A DNA stretch of 42,972 nucleotides from Phoronis australis (Eukaryota; Animalia; Phoronida): positions 1-42,972 of the forward strand of contig NMRA01001174.1 in the NCBI GenBank assembly GCA_002633005.1, written 5' to 3'. Position 1 is the stretch's first letter. Each line of letters starts with the position of its first letter. The notes beneath the pieces were generated by a model, which was given only the letters and a program-made list of their open reading frames with translations, was not told the origin of the DNA and did not search any database. Both the position numbers and the translations under genes were made by a program. Shown one piece after another: positions 13,101 through 25,100 of the stretch.

Positions 13101-16100
13101 TTTCAAAGGTAGGGAATACTGTACATGTACAGTGTAGGCGCAAACTTTAGTTTAATTAGTCGTTGTTACGAATGATCGCCGTTTAAAGAAATCAAAAGAC
13201 GTTAAAAGCAAGAAATGATGCAGTACCATGTTTCTGTGCTATGCAACCACCAAGGCGTCAATGTTTGGATATTCTTAACAACCACAATACATGTATTTTA
13301 GCCACCCGCAACATCTCTTCTAATTGTCTTTAGCTGACGTTTCAATTGGAACAGTACTTTTTCCAAGCGAGTTTTAACAATCAGTGACGTAGTCAATTGA
13401 AGACACTAGGAGTAAAAAATTTTCATGGTCAGGTGTTTACGAATAGAAAAATAAAATAATCGCTCACAATTTTACGTCTGCTTGTTTATACATGTTAGTC
13501 TCAATAGCTACATGTACCAACTCAAAACTTGCCTGCTGAAAGAGAAGTCGTGTTCATCGTTTGTAGGGTTGTAATTTACTCGCTTTGTGTCTTTTGCGAT
13601 AAGAAAAACGAGACGCATGTTCAAGCATTATGTTACTTTATATTTCCGAATCATTATCCCCTGATGGGACCTCGACCGTGCACAAAAACAACAGGATCAA
13701 GCAGTGTCGCAATGCGATACTAAATTTATCTGAGATAATGTAATTGAATAATCAAGACATTTTACTTAAAAAATTAACTCATTTTTTTCACCACAAACTT
13801 TGAAAAGTTGATCGTTCCAGAATTTTTGTAAACGTCGCTCTTTTGTGACGTTTTATCATGTATTCTGCCATGACCCAGAACTGTCTTCGGAGCAACAACA
13901 AAATTATGGTCGGACCCACATGAGTTGCTTCATAATTGCCTGGTATATGCTGAGAAGTGTACTACATATAAAATCTCAGTACGCTTATGTTGGAAATTCC
14001 AAGTTGCATACATGGACTTGATACGAGTGGCCAAAACCCGTGCTCTCATAAGAATTTTGGTCTGTACAGTACTACTATTGCAATATGCTAACGTGTCGAG
14101 ACTGAGTTCAATAATAGGTCTTAGTTAACGGGAACGACGTAACTCTGTTTTTAAAATACACTTTAGCAACATTCTTGTCATGGTTGTGCGGCCGTATTTT
14201 GATGTTTTGCGGGCACTCGGTTGATGAAAGTGGATGATGAGATTAATCATTTCGAGTGAATGTCACCCTACTGAAGATCTTGTCTTGGAATTACACTTGT
14301 CAAAAAGTAAGCGAAAGTGACATAGGCCTAATTTTGTTATTTAATCGTGATGCTCCGTTCAAAAGGTCACTAATAAATGTACACTGTACATGTATTGTGA
14401 ACTCAATATTTATTTTTCAAAACAATTAAAACGAACGCAATGACATTTGCTTGATTTCAATCCGGCGGCATTTTTATCGCTCTGTATCAGATTTTGAATT
14501 CTCTAGTGAAATGAAGTACAGTGTTGACGTGCAAATGCATGTCTAATTATTGATGTCCAGATGGTCTTCTATAATAGATGTACTGGTGTAGACGCGACGC
14601 ATTGTATTACTTGAGTGATTTTAAGAAACAATTAAATTTTAAAGATTTATTTAGATATTTTTCAAACAAGCACTAGTTTTACGGTGCAATATGTTGCTAT
14701 AATTACGCATCATTTCCCATATTTTGTACTTATGTTTTACGGTTCATGTTATAATTTTTGGTATGAGAGCTATTACTATATTATACTGTATTATTTCCCA
14801 TATGTACACATCAGTAAGTTTTTTTTACATATTTTGCCATGTAGCCGTGTAGTTTAAGCGGCTTATGTTCAAGATGTTGAACTTTTTGGTAGTCCTTGTT
14901 TGCATGCCATTAAAGCGGTCGTGATATTACCGTTTCATATGAAGCTCTTTGAGTCCACATATTTTTTACCTTTCTCTCTTTGAGAACCATCTCAAGAGGT
15001 AAATCAGCGATCATCTCAAAATTTTCTAGCACAACATAGAAATTTGTATCCTTGTCGAAACAGCATTTAGAACGTCTGTGCGTAGAAAGAGTCAATTTAA
15101 TGTCAAAAACTCAAATTGCAACATCTTTTATTTCGTTAGTCACGTTCTCTTTAATTTATTTCTTGCGATAATGAAATGCCCCTTTAAATATATTCAAGAA
15201 CTGACAAATGTATCAATTTATCGCGTGTACACGCGAAAACTGTCTGGAAAAGCGCTCTTTTTAAAAGCAACGCTTCGCCTGGCCAGACCACTGCCACGTC
15301 GTCTCAAGAACAGAACAAGTTGGGTTTGCGTCGAAATGGGAACCACAAGATTGATTGATTTTCTGAATAGCAATCTTGATAAGAAGATTGATTTTGGTAA
15401 AATGTGTTTCTTCATGTGTTTAATTTGTAGAGCAGGGTTTATCATTTCCAGGATATTGTTCCTGCTAGNGTTTTGGTAAAATGTGTTTCTACATGTGTTT
15501 AATTTGTAGAGAAGGGTTTATCATTTCCAGGACATTGTTCCTGCTAGCATTTTGTTCGAGACAAGTGGAATTGTGTTCCCAGTGCCCGTGTTCCTGGCTA
15601 GTAACAAACCCTATACCAAACATTGCCCAACTTATATTTTCTTAAACATCTTCAGACTTCAGTTTCGTTTTGATAGTACCCCATGCCAATATCATATTCA
15701 CCCTATATTGATGTTCTCTTATCCTTTTATTCCCGATTGTTCCTAACTTTAATTTGTTAGAAATTATTTTGGATCTCAGGAAAAAGTGAAACAGTACTTC
15801 ATAAATTAGTTTGACTACTTGTACATGTATGTTTTTTCAATTCATGCGTCCAGAAGGAATTGGTTTGGGGTAGACCTAATTAAAAGAGATCAGACGACCA
15901 CGAAAGTTTTACTCATATAATTGCAGAGTATATTTGATTTTTAAATGTCTATTACATCATATTTTGTGTCAACATTTTTTCAGCAAATTAAATTTCGTCC
16001 TGTTCATCTGGCTAAAAACGAAAAGTGAATTAAACCATTTACTCTCATGAAATTGATTTCTTAAAAATGATTATTAAGTGTGAAAATCATGGTCATGTTA

Positions 16101-19100
16101 TTGTCAATAACAATGATTGTTCTAGCTACAACCAGTCGCCCATATTTTTAATGAACATGCCATGTCTTTGCTCTGAGGATTATTTCTGACACTAACAAAC
16201 ATACTACGAAAGCGATGTAAACTTGTTCTTTATGAATGATGATCTATTACAAGACAACTGATATATTGCATGATAAACAGAGAGTAGATTTAGTAATTGT
16301 GTGTACAATTGTGTTATTTCAACGTTTTCCGTGAAGAGTAATTAAGATTCACGGTGAAGTTAATGATTGTGAAGTTTGCTATAACTTGTTCATTGTTTCT
16401 GCAGGGTGACACAGCACTACACAGTGCAGCAGAGTGTGGACATACAGAAGTGGCGCGTGTTTTGTGTAAAGCAGGCGCTAACGTCAACAAGCAAGACTGG
16501 GTAATAGAAACTACTTGAGACGATTTTATAATTAAGACAATGTTATCTTTGTTACAAAGTTGTAGACTATCTGAAGTTTAACTAAACCTGTTGTGTGTAA
16601 ATACACTTTTTATTTCTCATCATTTCGACATGTATTTTCAATCTGTACCCGGTACATGTATCTTAAGAAACAGTGAGGTTTGAATCGTGTCAAGAATATA
16701 TTTGGCGACTTAACGTTGATATTTTTCTATTCTTAATGGTAATCGTCCATTCAACATTGCAACTTTATATTAAACAGGAACCCCTTAAACCGGTGTATAA
16801 ACACAACATGGAGGGGTCACTGTGAAGTTATGGAGGCGCTCAGTAATTTCTGACAGTCGACGTCTACACCATGTTCTGTTCTTATTTCAACGTTTTAAAA
16901 TCACCTGTACAACTTGAGTGTTGAAATCATTACAAGTATTGTAGCGTCTTAGAGGTGTCAGTAATGTTTCATTTATGTCACCTTACAAGTTCACTTTGCC
17001 CCGTGTATGTTAATTTGCTCTAAACGTTGATCGTCCATTCACACATCTCCATTATATATTACATAGTTGGGCATGACACCGCTGCACTGGGCAGCACTGG
17101 GTGGTCATACACAGACTGTGGAGTGTCTTGTGGAACACAACGCTACAGTGGATGTTCGTGATAAGGTAATTAATGACACACAGGTTATTTGGTTGAACTA
17201 GTTGTTTACACAAGAGATGATTAAAACTGTTGAAGAACAAATTTTGTAGATATTTTCCCAATTTAATGTCCTTAAACAGTGTCAAATTAAATGTCGTCTG
17301 CTTTCCAACAGAGAACTGCCAAAGCTGCATCCGAACATTTCGGTTAATCCATTATTGTTGTTTTATTTACCGATATATATTCTACATTTCGTCAAACAAT
17401 AGTTTCCTTCAGTCGATCTGGATCGCCTCATTTAGTTTCGGATTTATTTTCTACGTTATTTTGATTGTCCAACACTTTACAGCGCACAATTACTTGCTGT
17501 GTGTTACCGGCCTGTAACCAGACAGGGAACACTGAACACGCTCTGTTGCTTTGTTCTAAAACTTAACATTTCCATGTTGAAATCATTACAGGTATTGTAG
17601 CGTTTTAGAGGGGTCAGTAATGTTTCATTTATGTCACCTTACAAGTTCACTTTCCCCTGTGTATGTTAATTTGCTCTAAACGTTGATCGTCCATTCACAC
17701 ATCTCCATTATATATTACATAGTGGGGCGTGACACCGCTGCACTATGCAGCAGAGTGTGGTCATACACAGACAGTGAAGTGTCTTGTGGAACACAACGCT
17801 ACAGTGGATGTCCGTGATCAGGTAATTAATGACACACAGGTTGTTTGGTTGAACTAGTTGTTTACACAAGAGATGATTAAAACTGTTGAAGAACAAATTT
17901 TGTTGATATTTTTTGTAATCTAATGTCTCTCAACAATGTCAAATTAAATGTCTTAATTAAATAATCGCAAATTGTGATTTTGTTTGTAATTGCTGTCTCC
18001 ACACCACGTGGAGTGACGTGCACGTGACGTGACGTGCTCGCGACATTAAGTAATTAGAAACAGTTTTCTCTTCACCAGTTATACAATGAGCAATGGTTCT
18101 TTACTTGCATTTCCATATCACTCACTAAATTAATGTGACTCTGTTGTACTACATAGAATCAAACTGTGATATTTAAAACCATATTATCAATCGTTTGACT
18201 AAAACAGGTAAGCATTTAAGAAATATCGCTCATTTATATCTGAGTTTAAATGTCAGGTGTAGTCGTGCTCTGTTGAGTCACCGCTTTATACAGTAAGTAT
18301 GCAACTGATGGTGAAGTTCTGGAACAGAAAGGTATAAAACGTGACGTCCTCTTGACACACTCACTTCGCTATATTTAATTATGACCGGAATTCTCTCATT
18401 TTTGTTCACTTTAGAATGGAGACACAACATTACACCTGGCGTCGCAGAGTGGAAAGGCAGCGATCGTAGAGCTGCTTGTCAATGAAGGCAGTTGTGAGGT
18501 GACTGCCGTAAACAAGGTATCTCAAGAGTGCTGCACTCCGAGCTTAGTAAATGTTGCAATAAACGTGTTTTAAATGAATATTGAGTTCGAGGAATTGTTC
18601 ATTCATAATAAATATCTCATCAAAAATGAACAACCTCTTTACGTGGAGTTATACAAAGAGTCACTTCTTCACTGCAAGTACCTTCCCAGAACACGCAGTG
18701 CAACCAGAGTCGCTGGTGTGATCATACTATTGGCATACTAACTAAAAAACCAACCACACCATAAGGCGCCGAACACATACACAGATTTTAATTTTCTCAT
18801 CTCATAAAGTTTATGCAGGTTTTTAATCACGTTAGTGCGCATTTAGGAACCTCACTTAAGTTTTTTCAGTCAAGATTGCTTTAAAAAAGGACTATTTGAG
18901 CAATCAATTTTCTAAGTCACATTGTCGCAAATCCGTTCGGTGCAAACTTTTCGATAGAGTAGTAACAGAGCACAGCACTGTATACTCATCTGGCCCAGGA
19001 TATTCCGTGAATAAAGTCGCTTGAGTTGCAGTTGCTAGTGGAAAACATAATGCCCACACACAAAATGTGTGCTATGATCAGGATCAATCAAAATCGTTTC

Positions 19101-22100
19101 CTTTTGAGTAAAATAAATGAATATCTAAATATTGCGTTGAAATGTCTATTCCTGTTAACAATTTCAATGAAAGTGTCGAATCTCATCTTCTATTAATTAA
19201 TTAAAACCATTTCATAATTACCAAGTACTACAAGATGCGGATTTTTGTCTCAAAACCTTTTGTTGATGCTACGATGGTCAAGACAAAAGTGACAAGACTA
19301 AATCGCGATGTTTGGCGGAAATAAGAAATACGTAAACACTTTAGTTTGAAAGCCATCAAACAAGTTTGGTTCACCCCTCACAGTACCATCGTATTTCGGG
19401 TACCAGGACATAGTTCTCGGCGCAGCATCAAATGCTTTTTGGAATAAACGTTCTGGTCAAAACCTTCCGCTAGACGTGCGCTTTCATAGAAATGCAATTA
19501 CGCAAAAACTTAAATGAATGGACAAAAATATTCATATGTTTAGGAAAGATAAGAGACTCGCATTTCTTAAGATGGATTTCATGTTACGACTGAGACTAAA
19601 TCGAATCATTTTAATATCAAAAAAAACTTTGTTCAAATTTCAACATTGTAGTGAGAAGAACGGTTTGGGGGTTTCAAGTTGTGAGACTGAGTTCTTGAAC
19701 GTAGCATTTTCCATCATGTGTGCAATGAGTGTAATCTGTGGAGAATGTGGAAGTTTTAAAACTCTTTCGGTAATAGCGTTTTGGGGATGGTTTATTATTA
19801 AAATATTTATTCGCATTCCACTTTATAGTTTCAAATGTATGAACTAATAGAATGACAACCCTTTCGTATTTACTTTAGTCACTTCCATCATTATTAAAGA
19901 TGCTATATTACAGTATAATTCAATCACTTTCCTTTCTATGAGATTTATCGGGTAACATAAACTATAATCGATGACTATGGTGCAACCTACTTTAATTTCT
20001 TAGGTGTGAGCATTTTAGTACCCGGAAAACAAAATAGTTCAACAGAGGAGAAATGGACTGCAGATTACTCGAATTTGCAATAACCCCCTCAAAGTGTCTT
20101 ATTTGTGATCCGACTGCACGACTGTGTATGTTCCTGGCGTGATTTGATTTATGTACTCTGTAATGATGTTAACTTCCGAGCTCCATACGACGTAAATTGG
20201 CATGGCTTGTTTGTAAAACGTATTTAAGCCACCGATCCGGTCATAACCACCTTTCGCCGCCACTTGCACAATCTTTTTTCTTATAAATTGTGAATTTTTA
20301 GGCCCCCAGTTTCGGCTTTAAAAACCTCAGTTTCCATTATTTTTTTCCGTACAAATTGTAAGTCATTCTTGACGCATACCTGTATAAATTGCCAAGGAGC
20401 TCCTTACTGAAAGATGCACAAAATCGTACAAATAAACATGTAGAGAACTGGAAATGTGTGTATGTTTTAATATTTGATTGACGTTTATGAAGTGAAACTA
20501 CATGTGAAGGGTTCGTTGCTCTATGATTTGCATGTTTATGCTTCGACGAAAATCGGCAATTCTCCGATTTGCGAATAAAATCTGCCAATTATTAAAAAAC
20601 ATCTTCAGAAGATTGAGCTTCTAGACCCCCAAGCAACAAGTTCCGTAGATTCCAAAAAGGGCTAAGTATTTTAGTACTTTGATGTTTTAGGGCACTTTTA
20701 CCAAGGAAATTCAGTGAACCGAGGTGTAGAGCTGAGACAATAACTGTGGTGTGTCAGTAAACGTTTTTTTCATTGGTTTCCTTTTATAAATTCTGAATAT
20801 TTGGCATGTAAGCCAGTGTGTTTGTGTGTTTCATGTATTTTTACCCTACATGTATATGCGCGTCTTTAGGCCAACACGTAAAATGAAATATTATAAAGCC
20901 TACAAAACATGCAAGTATACAAAGGATATCCACCTGCGCCTATAAGAGAAGCATTATGCATGCGTTTGTGCGAAACATTTGAGTATGTAAATTTCCTTAT
21001 GGCAGTTATATTGGATATAGGTGCAAGTGCCTAAATGTGTGAACCACACAATGCTCTCCACTGGGTTACACTTTTCATTGTTTACTTAAAAAATTTCGTA
21101 TACTGTTCTTCTTTAGAATTAAAGTGCATTACAATGTGCCACGTAAACAAATCTCATACAGTGTATGCTCTAGTGGTCGAATGAATGTCAGTGGCATTCT
21201 GAATACGTGCTGTGTTGTTATTGAAACACAGAGGTTGGTTCCTGAAAGCTATTCCCACTTCGACAAAAGATTGACCAAATTCAGTTGTCGCGATATACAT
21301 GTAGGCTGAGCATCACCTGTTTTGTGATTAAGGCATTTTAAGATGGAAATCAGTGCTTGTCCGATGTTTCTTACACGACGACAATCTCAAGACTGTCGTG
21401 AACACATCGGCCTCGCGTCATCAGCTCATCATTTAGGCGAAGGTCAGTCGACGTCCGGTTGAGTGTCACCAGATCGCCAACAGATAATTCTACGACTTAA
21501 TCTGCCGAAAACACTTTGCCTAATGGTGCTTCAGTTGCTGCGTGTTGACATCGATGGCACGGACTGCGCTCCGGAAAATTTCCAAGCAATTGCCCGCCTT
21601 CCATCGACAAAAATGCGAGCCACCTAATTGTTTTAAACGTGATAGTGTCTTGATACTACCCACCAAGCACAATGATACCTTTGTTTCTGTTTGGCTTACT
21701 ATTATACGTGTGTGTTAAGGATTTGAATGCCCAACAGTCTACGTATTTTGATAATGCTTAAAAACATGAATTGTAACATTGTTAATGTTTGTAGTTTCTG
21801 AAACTAAACTACAAAATTTGATTTTTACCTCTACTACTCTGTCATTATTTGCATCACGTGACTTAACAGAAAGGAAATGTACATGATAACAAAACAAGAT
21901 TTTATTTCGTATAAATCTTTAAGATGAGATCTCAAAACGTTGTTACTGTTTCTAATACACCTGTTCGTTTTTTGTATAACTCGTGAAGATCCCTGTTGAC
22001 AGCCTCTCATGCAAAAATGCATTGTTTTAAAAACAATTACGTACAGTGTGTTGGCAAACAGTGCATAAAAATAGTTTCTGAGTCCGATCAATCCTTTTGA

Positions 22101-25100
22101 GATAGGGTACTCCGAAGTTATCCAAATTGGACATTTCCCTGGAACCCACACAATCTTAAAGAACAAGCGCCTCATACAAAGCTGCTGGTTACATATTTGA
22201 AAAAGCTTGAGTGAAGTCAAGGAGCAAAATTTACAAATCAAGTGAACAAATAAGTTACGACACACGCTGGTGTGTCAGATGCTATCTGGAGAATTACTAT
22301 CGACCACGTGATGCGTGAACAATTAGGGCATTTCACTTTGAATCTACATGCGCTATTCCCGTTCTCGTCCGTCTTTATTGAGAGTGTAATATCGCTCTAT
22401 TCTGTAATACCCGAAATTGTTCGGCAATAAAATGCCCTTCGTTATGTGACTGAAATAAATCATAGCTGTTTCATTTTGAACTTGGAGTAGTTTTTGACAG
22501 TTTAAANTGTCAACAATATATTTGGCGACTTAACGTTGATATTTTTATATTCTTAATGATAATCATCCATTCAACATTACAACTTTATATTAAACAGGAA
22601 GCCGTTAAACCGGTGTATAAACACAACATGGAGGGGTCACTGTGAAGTTATGGAGGCGCTCAGTAATTTCTGACTGTCGACGTCTACACCATGTTCTGTT
22701 CTTACTTCAACGTTTTAAAATCACCTGTAACACTTGAGTGTTGAAATCATTACAAGTATTGTAGCGTCTTAGAAGGGTCAGTAATGTTTCATTTATGTCA
22801 CCTTACAAGTTCACTTTCCCCCGTGTATGTTAATTTGCTCTAAACGTTGATCGTCCATTCACACATCTCCATTATATATTACATAGGGGGGCGGGACACC
22901 GCTGCACTATGCAGCAGGGTGTGGTCGTACACAGATAGTGAAGTGTCTTGTGGAACACAACGCTACAGTGGATGTCCGTGATGAGGTAATTAATGACACA
23001 CAGGTTGTTTGGTTGAACTAGTTGTTCACTCAAGAGATGATTAAAACTGTTGAAGAACAAATTTTGTTGATATTTTCCCAATTTAATGTCCTTAAACAAT
23101 GTCAAACTAAATGTCGTCTGCTTTCCAACAGAGAACTGCCAAAGCTGCATCTGAACATTTCAGTTGATTCATTATTGCTGTTTTATTTACCTATATATAT
23201 TCTACATTTCGTCAAACAATAGTTTTCTTCAGACGATCTGGATCGCCTCATTTAGTTTCAGATTTATTTTCTACCTTATTTTGATTGTCTAACACTTTAC
23301 AGCGCACAATTACTTGCTGTGTGTTACCGGCCTGTAACGAGACAGGGAACACTGAACACGCTCTGTTGTTTTGTTCTAAAACTTAACATTTCCCTGTTGA
23401 AATCATTACAAGTATTGTAGCGTTTTAGAGGGGTCAGTAATGTTTCATTTATGTCACCTTACAAGTTCACTGATCCCCTGTGTATGTTAATTTGCTCTAA
23501 ACGTTGATCGTCCATTCACACATCTCCATTATATATTACATAGGGGAGCCTGACACCGCTGCACTTGGCAGCAGGGTGTGGTCATACACAGATAGTGGAG
23601 TGTCTTGTGGAACACAACGCTACAGTGGATGTCCGTACTCAGGTAATTAATGACACACAGGTTATTTGGTTGAACTAGTTGTTTACACAAGAGATGATTA
23701 AAACTATTGAGTAACGAATTTTGTTAATATTTTTTGTATTCTAATATCTCTCAACAATGTCAAATTAAATGTCTTCTGCTTTCCATAGTCGGGCCACACA
23801 CCGCTGCACCTGGCAGCACAGGAGGGTCATACAGCCGTCGTACAGTGTCTCATCGAACACCGGGCCAACGTGAATGTTCCTAATGAGGTAATTATTGACA
23901 CACAGGTTGATGAACACAATACGTGACTAGGCTAATTATTGCGTGTTTTAATTAAATAATCACAAATTGTGATTTTGTTTGTAAATGCTGTCTCCACAGC
24001 ACGTGGAGTGACGTGCACGTGACGTGACGTGCTCGCGACATTAAGTAATTAGAAACAGTTTTCTCGTCACCCGTAGTTATACAATGAGCAACGGTTCTTT
24101 ACTTGTATTTCCATATCACTCGCTAAATTAATGTGACTCTGTTATACTACATAGAATCAAATTGTGATATTTAAAACCATATTTTCAATCGTGTGACTAA
24201 AACAGGTCAGCATTTAAGAAATCTCGCTCATTTATATCTGAGTTTAAATGTCAAGTGTAGTCGTGCTGTGTTGAGTCACCCGCTTTATAGAGTAAGTATG
24301 CAACTGATGGTGAAGTTCTGGAACAGAAAGGTATAAAACGTGACGTCCTCTTGACACACCCACTTCGCTATATTTAAGGATGACCGGCATTCTCTCATTT
24401 TTGTTCACTTTAGAATGGAGATACAGCATTACACCTGGCGTCGCAGAGTGGAAAGGCAGCGGTCGTAGAGCTGCTTGTCAATAAAGGCAGTTGTGAGGTG
24501 ACTGCCGTAAACAAGGTATCTCAAGAGTGCTGCACTCCGAGCTTAGTAAATGTTCCAATAAACGTGTTTTAAATGAATATTGAGTTCGAGGAATTGTTCA
24601 TTCATAATAAATATCTCATCAAAAATGAACAACCTCTTTACGTGGAGTTATACAAAGAGTCACTTCTTCACTGCACGTACCTTCCCAGAACACGCAGTGA
24701 AACCAGAGTCGCTGGTGTGATCATACTATTGGCATACTAACTAAAAAACCAACCACACCATAAGGCGCCGAACACAGACATAGATTTTAATTTTATCACC
24801 TCATAAAGTCTATGCAGGTTTTTAATCACGTCAGTGCGATACGAAGATATTCCGCGAATAAAGTCGCTTGTGTTGCAGTTGCTAGTGGAATACATAATGC
24901 CCACACACAAAATGTGTGCTATGATCAGGATCAATCAAAATCGTTTCCTTGTGAGTAAAATAAATGAATATCTAAATATTCCGTTGAAATGTCTATTCCT
25001 ATTAACAATTTCAACGAAAGTGTCGAATCCCATCTTCTAGTAATTAATTAAAACCATTTCATAATTACCAAGTACTACAAGATGTGGATCTTTGTCTCAA

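Larger units (their letters stand above)
16688..22506. repeat. Copy 1 of a ~5.8-kb tandem duplication (contains exons 4-6)
   Basis: Collinear with 22508-28374 (offset 5820 at the start), with substitutions and indels. Confidence 0.95.

Noticed and set aside
15078-15479. 133-aa ORF
   Set aside because: No recognisable domain, AT-rich composition, and it runs into the N-associated duplicated segment.
17052-23222. Repeated ORFs 17052-17330, 17708-17896, 22872-23150 (-) and 17230, 23022 (+)
   Set aside because: These are antisense shadows or intronic read-through of the duplicated ankyrin cassettes, with no independent coding signal.
16920-24515. Regularly spaced conserved repeats with variable inserts, superficially CRISPR-like or DGR-like
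   Set aside because: The units are GT-AG ankyrin exons with their introns in eukaryotic DNA. No cas or reverse transcriptase gene is visible, and the variation is not confined to adenines.
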